Notes: a model not told the origin generated them from the letters alone. 61,908 nt of DNA, filler included, from Candidatus Delongbacteria bacterium (GCA_016937995.1; 6 parts of 6 records of this genome joined end to end with filler, not necessarily neighbours in it); one strand, 5' to 3'. Shown: positions 40,401 to 49,474, numbered from the whole stretch's first letter. Numbers and translations: made by a program.

Positions 40401-42180
40401 CGAAGTAGGCAACTGGAATGATCTTTATACTGTCGGAAGCAACATAAAAACATGGACTGATACGAACGCAACGATAAGCGATAGCCTTGCTTACCGAGTA
40501 AAAGGATATAAAGGAACATACTCATCCGGTTACACAACAGCCGATGTAAGCGCTCTAACCTTTCCGCCGCCATCGAATCTCACCTTCACGAAAATAGACT
40601 TGAACTCGATAAGGCTAAATTGGACTGATAACTCAACCGGCGAAGACGGCTTCAAAATTGACAAAAAAATCGGTGACGCAGCTTGGACAGTAGCTTATGG
40701 AACAGTAGCTGTAAACGCAGTAACTTGGACAGACGACAATGCAGATGTAAACCAAAATCTGCAATATAGAGTTTATAGCTATTCAGGACCATTCGTATCC
40801 AATTTTGTAGAAACAACTCTAATTGACAATACTTTCCCTGCTCCGACAAACCTAACAACAACTCAAGCTAGCATAACTACGGCAACAATCGCATGGACTG
40901 ACAACAGCACCGGAGAAGAAAAATTCGAGATCGAAAGAAAATTATCAGCCGATGCAACATATCTAAAAGTAGGCGAAGTGATCGGCAGTGCCACGACGAC
41001 AAAAACATATTCAGATACTACCGTCGTTCCAACAAATACATACGATTACAGAGTAAAAGGAGTATTAGGAACAAATTCATCAGCTTACATAACGAAAACA
41101 GGATATGAAAACATTTTCCCAGCTCCTACGAATCTCGCAGCTACTGTCGAATCCGAAACCTCAATAAAACTCGCTTGGACTGACAATTCTATAGGAGAAG
41201 AAGGTTTTAAAATTGACAGAAAAGTCGGCAGTGCAGGCACATGGACGACTGATTATGCAACAGTAGGATCAAATGAAATTGAATTTACTGACACTGGGCT
41301 CACAGCAGGAATAATATATTATTACAAAGTAAGAGGGTACTGTATTTCAACTTACAGCTATTATACTAACGAAGCGACCAAATTTATTCCTGATATGTCA
41401 GGATTTGTTTTAATACCTATTGGTAATTTTAATATGGGTCAATCGGGGATTGCTAGCGCTGAACCTGAACATATTGTAAATATTACAAAAGAATATTATT
41501 TATCCAAGACCGAATTAACTCAAAAAGAATGGGCTGATATTATGGGTACTAATCCAGCGAGTGGTTATGGTATTGGTGATAATTTCCCAGTCTATTCAGT
41601 CAGCTGGTATTCGGCACTTGTATATTGCAATAAAAGAAGCATCGCTGATGGGCTTTCACCATGTTATAGTATTAGTGGATCAACTGATCCAGCAACTTGG
41701 GGTTCAATTCCCGCTAGCTGGAATACAACTTGGAACGCTGTTGTTTGTGATTTCGATGCTAAAGGATATCGTATCCCTACTGAAGCGGAATGGGAATATG
41801 CTGCACAGCACAATGATAACAGAACATTCCCATGGGGAGAAACTGAGCCTACAAACAGTTACTGCAATTTTAGTAATTATGTCGGAGAAACTACTATTGT
41901 TGGTAATTATCCAAGTGGAAATAATAGCCTTGGCCTTTCCGACATGGCAGGAAATGTAGAAGAATGGGTGTGGGATTGGTATAACTATCCGTACCCAAGC
42001 TCAGAACAAATTGATCCAACAGGACCAGTCGAACCGATAGTTGAACAAGAAGTTAAAATCGCACGTGGCGGAAATTGGGGTGCGAGCCCAAGCCTTGTTG
42101 TCAAATGCGCACAAAGAAGAACGCTTGATCCTTTCTTTGCATCAATAGACACGGGACTGAGAATTGCGAGGACGAAATAA
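37444..42180 (+). CDS. Large lipoprotein: 14 FN3 repeats + C-terminal FGE-sulfatase (SUMF1, C-type lectin fold) domain
   Basis: Lipobox IWAC; 13 W.DNS..E..F repeats plus one degenerate copy; YRIPTEAEWEYAA, DMAGNVEEW and RGGNW motifs. Confidence 0.9.
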   Translation: MKKFLGLITIITAFIIIWACSDLEHSNPFDSSYGDPAQLTKLDLTIEKIDRIKLVWDDDYYSKDSNYTFQIDRKVGESGTWQEKYKIFKSNTTFFTDSAAGINQMNYYRVKVAYDENISEPIEAGVNNPFNPPSNIITNRKDIRTIQISWADNSNGEDGFRIDRFSAGVWHDGFKTVGQNIASWTDSSAVLNDSIRYRVCGFRKTYSSLSVATQLIDNLVPAPSNLTIKQNDVSTFELNWADNSIGEEGFIIQRSIDGGAYSQIASLQANTTTYTDNSVSKNKSLSDVSYRVMSFYGTYQSDYAETASEIDFPAPGSISYEKLSISSIKLNWSDNSLAETGFKIEKKIGAGSWAEYATVGANITTWTDTAAEINQNLQYRIYGYKGTNTSPVTESSVIDNAFPAPSSITYTKISISSLKIDWLDNSVGEDGFKIDRSVDGTWTTAYATVAGNIKTYTDSNAPINKTVIYRVYAYKSSSVSASVSTLSINNTFPAPTNPIITQLAVNSVKIDWTDNSTGEDGFKIDKKSTTGVWTTAFASVGASITTYTDTAAAISDSLQYRIYGYKGTTYSTYAYTSASDLTFPPPTNVTDSSVSIISIKLNWADNSTGETGFKIDRSVDGGAWGIAYGTVGENVVTWTDANAPINKNIQYRIYGYTATDASSYAYSNTIANTFPAPVLNTVTQQTVSSFKLDWSDNSTGEEGFKIERKIDDGTYAQIASVGANVITYTDSSINKKGYTTVYYRIRAFKGTDYSVYSEKTQLISFPAPTNINYTKTSISSITVTWADNSNGEDGFKIDKKVGSSEWILTYGTASANAVSWLDSNAEPNTSIQYRVYAYKGSNSSTANYSATIDNTFPAPLNISTEKLTISSIKVNWTDNSTGETGFIVDRKIGVDSWAAYDTTAANAVTWTDNNAVINVNLQYRIKGYKDSYYSNYLESSQISNIFPAPTNLTLTQVKSKTKATSIKLDWTDNSNGEDGFKISKKDEVGNWNDLYTVGSNIKTWTDTNATISDSLAYRVKGYKGTYSSGYTTADVSALTFPPPSNLTFTKIDLNSIRLNWTDNSTGEDGFKIDKKIGDAAWTVAYGTVAVNAVTWTDDNADVNQNLQYRVYSYSGPFVSNFVETTLIDNTFPAPTNLTTTQASITTATIAWTDNSTGEEKFEIERKLSADATYLKVGEVIGSATTTKTYSDTTVVPTNTYDYRVKGVLGTNSSAYITKTGYENIFPAPTNLAATVESETSIKLAWTDNSIGEEGFKIDRKVGSAGTWTTDYATVGSNEIEFTDTGLTAGIIYYYKVRGYCISTYSYYTNEATKFIPDMSGFVLIPIGNFNMGQSGIASAEPEHIVNITKEYYLSKTELTQKEWADIMGTNPASGYGIGDNFPVYSVSWYSALVYCNKRSIADGLSPCYSISGSTDPATWGSIPASWNTTWNAVVCDFDAKGYRIPTEAEWEYAAQHNDNRTFPWGETEPTNSYCNFSNYVGETTIVGNYPSGNNSLGLSDMAGNVEEWVWDWYNYPYPSSEQIDPTGPVEPIVEQEVKIARGGNWGASPSLVVKCAQRRTLDPFFASIDTGLRIARTK

Positions 42181-42226
42181 TACATAGAAGATAAATAATT
42201 TCTGTAAATTAAATTATAAGGAATAT

Positions 42227-43120
42227 ATGGAATTTCCTAAAAGAGTCGAACAACATATAACTGAAACCAGCAGTTTCAAAATATTCAATAGTGCGATCCC
42301 TAATTCTTGGATTGTAAGAGAAATTTCTGAAAGAGATTATGGTATTGATTGCTATATTGAATTAGTTGATTCAAACAATCAAGTTACTGGAGAATTAATT
42401 TCAATTCAATTAAAAGGGATGCAATCAATTACTTGGACTAAGGAAAACTATTATACTCTATCGGGAATTAAGCTTTCGACAACAAATTACTGGCGATTTT
42501 TTCCAATACCAGTGTTTATTTGTTTAGTTGATCTAAACTCTAAAGAAATATTTTTTAATGCTGCTAAGGAATCGATCAGAAGAGATTTTTTAACATATTC
42601 AAACCAAGATGTTTTTTCTTATAAAATTGAGAAAAAGTGCAAATTATCAATAAGTAATATTCCCAATTTCATACACTCATACTATAAGGAAAAACTTCAT
42701 AATGAGCTACAAATAAATATCATAACATTTATTTCTCATTATCACAAATATCGCAATTTTATTGAAGAGAATATCGGGAACGATTGTTTCATGGGGATCG
42801 AAAAAAGTAGGTTGTTTTATATGAAACACTTATATAATAATACAGAATTTCTTTGTAAATATTTTCAAATTCCGTGGGATCTCAAATGCTTTGATGAATA
42901 TATTAAAATCAGTCAATCAAGGTATGGCAATAATTATTGTTTATATGAAGAACAATTCGAAGAAATATCTTTAAAATTAAATGAATTATTAGCTCCTGTA
43001 ATTCTAAGAATTAAAAATCATATAACGGTAGAGGAAAAAGAATATTGGGCAAAAAATGATTTTGATTTATATAATTATTTGTTCTTAGTTAAGTCAAACG
43101 GAGAAATAGATGCATGGTAA
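42227..43120 (+). CDS. DUF4365-type PD-(D/E)xK nuclease-like protein
   Basis: W..RE..E.DYGID..IEL...TG....IQLK pattern. Confidence 0.8.
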   Translation: MEFPKRVEQHITETSSFKIFNSAIPNSWIVREISERDYGIDCYIELVDSNNQVTGELISIQLKGMQSITWTKENYYTLSGIKLSTTNYWRFFPIPVFICLVDLNSKEIFFNAAKESIRRDFLTYSNQDVFSYKIEKKCKLSISNIPNFIHSYYKEKLHNELQINIITFISHYHKYRNFIEENIGNDCFMGIEKSRLFYMKHLYNNTEFLCKYFQIPWDLKCFDEYIKISQSRYGNNYCLYEEQFEEISLKLNELLAPVILRIKNHITVEEKEYWAKNDFDLYNYLFLVKSNGEIDAW

Positions 43121-43202
43121 CTGATAAAAAGATTTTTTTAGAATGATTTGCTATAATATGATATTCTACCAATATTCCATAATAGTATAAGGAAGGAGTA
43201 AT

Positions 43203-44213
43203 ATGAATGATGTTGAAAAATTGGTAGCTTTCAATAATGTTAGAAGTTACTTGAATCAAGAAGACCAAAAATATTTATTATCAAAGCTTTCTATCGATCA
43301 GACTAATTTAACTCATCGACTTAGGGGGCTTAATGTACAAAATGAATTCTTCACAATCCAACATTTGCTTGGATCTTGTAATGATATTCTTTCGTTTGAT
43401 GAAAGTACTTCTGTCTTGACTAAATCATATTCGCCTGATTCTTGTTTGGTTCTCAAAAACAATCAGAAAATGTTTGTTGAAATTAAGAGCAAAGATGAAT
43501 TTGAATTTAAAATAAGTGGAGGGAATCTTCAAAAACGAATTGATTTTGCAAATAATTTTGGGTATAAGCTTTATTTTGCTGTTAAACTTAAAAGTTTTTG
43601 GGGGCTATATTCGAGCGAATATTTGAAATCAAAGAACGGTAAATTAAAATTTCCAGAGGACTATTTAAATTCTGAATTTGAAACAATGTTTGGTAGCAAA
43701 TTAATAATATTACCAAAAGGTATTAAAGTTAAAAGTTTTTACTCTAAAACAGAAGATAGTTTAATGCAAATTAGGCACGAAAATTTTGGCAATCTTTACA
43801 AGTATCAATTTTTTTTCAATGACAATTTAATCTTTGATATAAATAAATCTAATGAAAATGAAGCAGCCATTAGTATAATTTTAGAAGCTCTACACAATGA
43901 AATGTCAAATCAATCACAAAACATCGAAGATTTGGGCAATGGAGAGACCTTAATAACTGAAATGTTAACGGACAATACTTTTTTCTACGATTATAGTTTT
44001 CTGTTAGCTCCCATAAATCACGCTCAATCTGATTTGGGATTTATTATGGACAATACATCTTTTTTTAAATATATCGTTCAACAAAAAGGAAAGTCACCTG
44101 TAACGAAAGATTCACTTTATAGGATATTGGATTTTTTGCATAAAAAAGGCATAACGATAATTATATCTAAATTAATCGAACAAAAAGGGGACTTTGTTGA
44201 AAAAATATTATAA
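43203..44213 (+). CDS. Putative PD-(D/E)xK nuclease-fold protein
   Basis: SPD...FVEIK motif. Confidence 0.6.
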   Translation: MNDVEKLVAFNNVRSYLNQEDQKYLLSKLSIDQTNLTHRLRGLNVQNEFFTIQHLLGSCNDILSFDESTSVLTKSYSPDSCLVLKNNQKMFVEIKSKDEFEFKISGGNLQKRIDFANNFGYKLYFAVKLKSFWGLYSSEYLKSKNGKLKFPEDYLNSEFETMFGSKLIILPKGIKVKSFYSKTEDSLMQIRHENFGNLYKYQFFFNDNLIFDINKSNENEAAISIILEALHNEMSNQSQNIEDLGNGETLITEMLTDNTFFYDYSFLLAPINHAQSDLGFIMDNTSFFKYIVQQKGKSPVTKDSLYRILDFLHKKGITIIISKLIEQKGDFVEKIL

Positions 44214-44428
44214 ATACAAAGTATTTCTTCCATAAAATAGATATCATTTCACTCAATTTAAATTAATTTTGAAATACATGAAAAAAACAAACTCAATAAT
44301 CCTTTTCAAACAGAAACTCAAAACAGAGGCGTACGAAAAAATCGTACATCTGAATATTACAAAGTATTTTTATATGAACAAAATTTAAGTATTCAAATAG
44401 AATTAGAAAACTAACATCGGAATTTATT

Positions 44429-46078
44429 ATGCCAGATCAGAATTTGCACGAATTATTGACCGACCTCATCCAAACATGGGAAAACGAGGTTATTGAGTTT
44501 AAGGAAGTGAATGATAACTTTCCGACTTCGGATATCGGGAAGTATTTTTCCGCTTTATCGAATGAAGCGAACTTGAGAGATAAAGAGCATGCTTGGCTTG
44601 TATTCGGCGTTAATAATAAAATGAGGAAAATTGTCGGTACTGATTACAGAAATGAGGCTGACAGACTTCAAAGCTTGAAAATGCAGATCTCACAGAATAC
44701 TGAACCGAGTATTACATTTAGAAATATTCACGAAGTGACTGTTGAAGGTCACAGAGTGGTTTTATTAGAAATTCCTTCCGCACCGGTTGGTATTCCTATC
44801 TCTTGGAACGGACATTACTATTCCCGTTCAGGTGAAAGTTTGGTTTCTCTCGGATTAGACAAGCTTGATGAGATCAGGAATCAGACTTCGGCATCTGACT
44901 GGACGGCTAAAGTTATTGATGAAGCTACGCTTGAGCATCTTGATCCGGAAGCGATTGAAAAAGCACGGGAGGCTTATGCGAAAAAGTATTCGAACCGTTT
45001 TACTGATTCCGAGATTAAAAAATGGTCTGTTCCCGTTTTTCTCGACAGAGCAAGATTAACTTTATCCGGTAAGATCACGAGAAGCACTTTAATACTTCTC
45101 GGTAAAAAAGAATCCTCTCATTTACTTCTACCTTATCCTGCTCAGATTACTTGGAAGCTCGTGGATAAAGTCAAAGCTTATGAACATTTCGCACCGCCTT
45201 TTTTATTGAGTACTTCTGAGCTTTATCTGAAGATAAGAAACTATCAGATCAGAATTCTGCCGGAAAATAGCCTAATTCCCGTAGAAGTTTCAAAATATGA
45301 CAGAAAAGTCGTCCTCGAAGCTCTTCATAACTGCATCGCGCATCAGGATTATACAAAGAATGCCCGAATCCTTGTAACTGAGCATCAGGATAAGTTAACA
45401 TTTGAGAACGACGGCGGATTCTATGAGGGTAGTCCGGATGATTACATAACAGGCGATAAAACACCTCGCCATTACCGCAATTCATTTCTCGCTCAAGCTA
45501 TGTCAGAACTGAATATGATAGACACAATGGGATACGGTATTCACCAAATGAACACTGTTCAGGCGAAAAGATATTTCCCTTTACCCGATTACGATCTTTC
45601 AGAAAAAGGTGTTGTTAAATTAACCATTCACGGCAAAGTATTTGATCCGGAATACAGTAAACTGCTCATACAGAATCAGGATCTTTCTTTAGAGGATATT
45701 ATTGCTTTGGACAGAGTACAGAAACTGCTTCCTTTGACTGATGAAATGATTAAAAGGTTGAGAAAGGCACAGCTTATTGAAGGCAGAAAGCCGAATTTTC
45801 ACATATCGTTGAAAGTAGCTACGGTGGCAGACAGAAAAGCTGAATATATAAAAACTAAAGGTTTTGATGACGCTTATTGTAAAGACCTGATCCTTGAGTA
45901 CATAAGAAAGTGGGGAGAAATATCACGCAAACAGGCAGAGGATTTACTTTGGGATAAGCTACCTGACATACTTGATGACAAAGCTAAATTCGTTAAGGTT
46001 ACAAACCTGTTGCAAAGCCTAAAAAAAGAAGGTAAGATAGTATTGGGTAAAGCAAAAAAATGGAAATTGAATTTATGA
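44429..46078 (+). CDS. AlbA_2/Schlafen domain + HATPase_c_4 + C-terminal winged-helix protein
   Basis: ENEVIEFKE, SALSN, LVFGV, EALHNCIAHQDY, YRN and GYGI motifs. Confidence 0.88.
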   Translation: MPDQNLHELLTDLIQTWENEVIEFKEVNDNFPTSDIGKYFSALSNEANLRDKEHAWLVFGVNNKMRKIVGTDYRNEADRLQSLKMQISQNTEPSITFRNIHEVTVEGHRVVLLEIPSAPVGIPISWNGHYYSRSGESLVSLGLDKLDEIRNQTSASDWTAKVIDEATLEHLDPEAIEKAREAYAKKYSNRFTDSEIKKWSVPVFLDRARLTLSGKITRSTLILLGKKESSHLLLPYPAQITWKLVDKVKAYEHFAPPFLLSTSELYLKIRNYQIRILPENSLIPVEVSKYDRKVVLEALHNCIAHQDYTKNARILVTEHQDKLTFENDGGFYEGSPDDYITGDKTPRHYRNSFLAQAMSELNMIDTMGYGIHQMNTVQAKRYFPLPDYDLSEKGVVKLTIHGKVFDPEYSKLLIQNQDLSLEDIIALDRVQKLLPLTDEMIKRLRKAQLIEGRKPNFHISLKVATVADRKAEYIKTKGFDDAYCKDLILEYIRKWGEISRKQAEDLLWDKLPDILDDKAKFVKVTNLLQSLKKEGKIVLGKAKKWKLNL

Positions 46079-46159
46079 GAACTTATGAGAACTCTTATGC
46101 GTACTACTTCACATTTTGTAGCTAAAAATTATGAGAACTTTATGAGAACTTATGAGAAG
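46073..46159 (+). repeat. Cluster of TTATGAGAAC decamers
   Basis: Perfect copies at 46073, 46083, 46129 and 46140; variants at 46095 and 46150. Confidence 0.85.
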
Positions 46160-46312
46160 TATGAAAGAATCGTACAACTGCAGAAAGATAATCCCAAAAT
46201 AAAACTCGAACCATTGGAGCGCGAATTAAATAAAGCTAAAAAGTGTATAAAGTACTCGGAGATAAGTAAATGAGAAGACTCCCCCCCCCATATAGTGACT
46301 GATTACTACTAT

Positions 46313-46384
46313 CCCACAACATTGGAAAAATGACACGGCGAGGGGAATGTTATTTGCCGCGCTTTTTTCCATGACCGTTGTGGG
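46313..46384. repeat. attC-like palindromic junction site 3 (72 bp)
   Basis: CCCACAAC-ATTGGAAAAA...TTTTTCCATGACC-GTTGTGGG; near-identical to site 2. Confidence 0.8.
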
Positions 46385-46447
46385 AAATAGTAATCAGTAA
46401 TTCTTGTAGGGTTTATTGAGCTTTCTTTATAATTCTGCCACCGGCGG

Positions 46448-46547
46448 NNNNNNNNNNNNNNNNNNNNNNNNNNNNNNNNNNNNNNNNNNNNTTAATTAAT
46501 TAANNNNNNNNNNNNNNNNNNNNNNNNNNNNNNNNNNNNNNNNNNNN
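46448..46547. other. Artificial contig linker
   Basis: N-TTAATTAATTAA-N. Confidence 0.98.
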
Positions 46548-47345
46548 AGATATGGAGGACGAATTCTGATAAGTGTGCAGTACGTCTGACATAGAATTTA
46601 TCAGCTCTTTTAATTTGTTTAGATCCTCAAGCTTTTCAGGCGGCAACTCGGATGAAAGTTTATCTATTATATCAATAGAAGATGATATTGAATTTTCTAT
46701 ATCTGATTTAAACGTATTTACCATTACTACAATGGTATCGATAATGGATTTCCGTTTAACTATTTTAATATTTTCTTCAAGCTGAACATTTTTATCAGAT
46801 AGATCTTTATGGGATTTTAATAATGCGTTGTTCCTTTCTGCATTATCCAGCTGAACATCAAGCAATTTTTTATATTTGCTCATTTCATTAGTTGCTCTGA
46901 TCGAAGTTTCTCCAAGCCTGTCAACAATAGTTTTACCCAGGTTCATCTGGATTTCGTGCAACTTCTCATAAATTTTGTAAAAATTATCTGTATTTATGAA
47001 CAATATCTTACACTGAGCACTAAAACAGTAAACATTAGCAGATCTTTTTTTATTACTAACCAAAGCCATTTCACCAACAAACTCATTCTTATTACAAACG
47101 TTCAAAACTATCTCTTTGGCCTCTTTTCCTGCAGTCTCTTTTGTAGTGATCTTTTTTATTACAAGTGAACCTTTCGCTATGAGATAGATACCATCAGGCT
47201 CTGCATTCTGCTCGATTATCAGCTCATCCTTAACATATTTCTTTATCTCGAACAGAGATTCATCAAGTTCACTTAACATGTCATCACTCACACCCTGAAA
47301 CAACCTGCTCTCCCTGAGATATTGAAATGTCTTTTCAGATAACAT
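46548..47345 (-). CDS. Cyclic-nucleotide-binding domain + coiled-coil protein, 3'-partial
   Basis: IYLIAKG, FVGEMAL and RSANV motifs; ATG at 47345. Confidence 0.85.
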
Positions 47346-47513
47346 ACTCTTATATTGTCCTGTAATGAAGTCAGTTAACACTATATTATAATCATATATT
47401 GTTAAAAAACAAATACAAAATTTAAGCAATTTAAAATTTTATTTACTTTGAAAAGCCGTTTTTTTAATTAAATTTATGTAAACAATTTAGTGTAACGAAT
47501 AAAAAGGCAGTAT

Positions 47514-48419
47514 ATGTTAAATGAGATGATAGTTTTTATCGAAGATGCAATTGGAATATCAGTAGATATGCAGTTCAATATATTCAAAACATTTGTAGCT
47601 ATTCTAGTTGTTTACCTGTTGAATTTTATCGTTATGAGAGTTATTAAAAAGGAGACGAAAGATCCCAAATCTGTTTTTATGTGGGGGAAGACCATCTCTT
47701 ACCTAAGGGTAATATTGTTACTTTTTATAATCGGCAGGATATGGCTTTCAAATTTTCAATCAATATCAACTTATCTTGGTTTGTTATCAGCAGGTGTTGC
47801 AATAGCCTTAAAAGATATCATAGCAAATTTCGCAGGCTGGATATTCATTCTCTGGAGAAGACCTTTTGAAATAGGTGACAGAATAGAGATAGATGGTCAA
47901 AAGGGAGATGTGATTGACATCAGGATATTCCAGTTTACAATAATTGAGATAGGTAACTGGGTCGATGCTGATCAAAGTACTGGGAGAATGATACATATAC
48001 CTAACGGATTGGTATATCTTAAATCTTTGGCGAATTATACAAAAGGATTTGACTTTATCTGGAATGAAATAGCTATCCTGATAACATTTGAAAGCAACTG
48101 GCAGATCGCCAAAAAATTAATACAGAAAGTTGGTATTGAGCATGCTGTCGGAGTTGAGGAAATTGCTAAAAACAAGATTAAGAAAGCCAGTAAAAAATTT
48201 ATGATTAACTACAATAACCTTACACCTATAGTTTATACCACGGTAAAGGATAGCGGAGTAATGTTAACCCTCAGATATCTTTGTGATCCAAGAGCAAGAA
48301 GAGGTACAGAGAATGATATTTGGGAAGATATCCTCACACATTTTTCAAACCATAAAGATATTGATCTTGCATATCCTACCACCCGTTTTTACAGTATTAA
48401 CGAGGGAAAAACTAATTAA
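47514..48419 (+). CDS. MscS-family mechanosensitive channel
   Basis: RPFEIGDRIEI, GDVIDI and IPN motifs after TM helices. Confidence 0.92.
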   Translation: MLNEMIVFIEDAIGISVDMQFNIFKTFVAILVVYLLNFIVMRVIKKETKDPKSVFMWGKTISYLRVILLLFIIGRIWLSNFQSISTYLGLLSAGVAIALKDIIANFAGWIFILWRRPFEIGDRIEIDGQKGDVIDIRIFQFTIIEIGNWVDADQSTGRMIHIPNGLVYLKSLANYTKGFDFIWNEIAILITFESNWQIAKKLIQKVGIEHAVGVEEIAKNKIKKASKKFMINYNNLTPIVYTTVKDSGVMLTLRYLCDPRARRGTENDIWEDILTHFSNHKDIDLAYPTTRFYSINEGKTN

Positions 48420-48431
48420 ACGGAGTACTTT

Positions 48432-49469
48432 TTGAAACTGAATATCATATTAATATTTTCAACAATATTTTTACTTTGCAAGCTGAATGCATACACCGGT
48501 ACTTACTATGAATATTACGAGAACCTAAGTAATGAACCTGTATCTGCTTTATCAGCTTCTACAGGACAGAATATTTTCGATAATTTACCGGTGGATATAG
48601 ACAATCTTGATACCAGATCAAAATTATTTATTTCATCTTCGCTTTACGTTCTTCAGGGAGGCGATAATTACGGACCAAACAATGAAATAACAAGAATGGA
48701 AAATGTGGACTTTGCAAAGAATTTCAGTATTATATATAACTATAAGCCTGCAATGATGCCATTTGTTTCGTTTTACACTCCCTATAAGCAAGTTCTTGAT
48801 TATGGATTAACACGAGAGATAACTAAAAAGAGAGATGTACTGTCTCTGGGATGGATCTCAGATCTCGGAAAACACCAATTGATAAGTTCTGTTGATTATG
48901 TAATTTCTTCTTTTATTGATGGAATTGACTACGAGAGATATTCAAACGCATTTTCTGCACGTTTTCTTATAAACATAAAAGTTAATGAGAGGTCGTCAAT
49001 GTTCTTTGGTGCAGTATCTGAATCATTCCTTCAATTTGATACCGATAAGGAAGTGGAGCGAAAGAACAAATATTTTAATGGATATGAAGGGAACCTGGGT
49101 TTGAACTACAAGAGCAGATCATGGTTTTGTATATATTCCGCAATGTACTGCACTTATGATGTTTTTTATGATGAAACTGATGGATCTCAATTGAATTATC
49201 CGTGGGTTTTAGAGAATAAAATAATTTTCGGAAAGCATTTAAATGAGAACCTGACTACTTCGATCAGTTACGAACTTCTACCATCTACTTTCACATCCTA
49301 CATGCCCGATATTGGAGATAAATTCAGACATACAATCGGTGTTTTCGTAGGTTTTAAGATGGAAAATATAGACATGAATTTTTCATATCATGACAGTAAA
49401 ATCCTATCTGAAGAATCGTTGGGTAAAAGTGCGTTTCAAATGGATATGGTCTACAAACTCAGGAAATAA
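48432..49469 (+). CDS. Hypothetical exported, probably outer-membrane beta-barrel protein
   Basis: Signal peptide, aromatic-rich beta pattern; TTG start after GGAG. Confidence 0.65.
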   Translation: MKLNIILIFSTIFLLCKLNAYTGTYYEYYENLSNEPVSALSASTGQNIFDNLPVDIDNLDTRSKLFISSSLYVLQGGDNYGPNNEITRMENVDFAKNFSIIYNYKPAMMPFVSFYTPYKQVLDYGLTREITKKRDVLSLGWISDLGKHQLISSVDYVISSFIDGIDYERYSNAFSARFLINIKVNERSSMFFGAVSESFLQFDTDKEVERKNKYFNGYEGNLGLNYKSRSWFCIYSAMYCTYDVFYDETDGSQLNYPWVLENKIIFGKHLNENLTTSISYELLPSTFTSYMPDIGDKFRHTIGVFVGFKMENIDMNFSYHDSKILSEESLGKSAFQMDMVYKLRK

Positions 49470-49474
49470 TTATT

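Larger units (their letters stand above)
36380..46320. mobile_element. Module 2: 9.9-kb cassette-like unit with type B terminal inverted repeats
   Basis: The ends share inverted blocks GTTGTGGG, TAGTAATCAG and T(G)9-10AGTC (36380-36428 vs 46273-46320); also bracketed by the near-identical direct repeats of sites 2 and 3. Confidence 0.65.

Noticed and set aside
42060-42180. Complete diversity-generating retroelement
   Set aside because: No reverse transcriptase or template repeat was seen in the window; the four-helix-bundle gene is a pseudogene on another contig.
46085-46273. 62-aa ORF
   Set aside because: Largely a translation of the decamer repeats; no RBS or family features.
32326-46384. 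Classical integron or IS composite transposon
   Set aside because: No intI, attI or transposase on the contig, no target-site duplication seen, and cores and module sizes are non-canonical; retained as an unexplained attC-like array.
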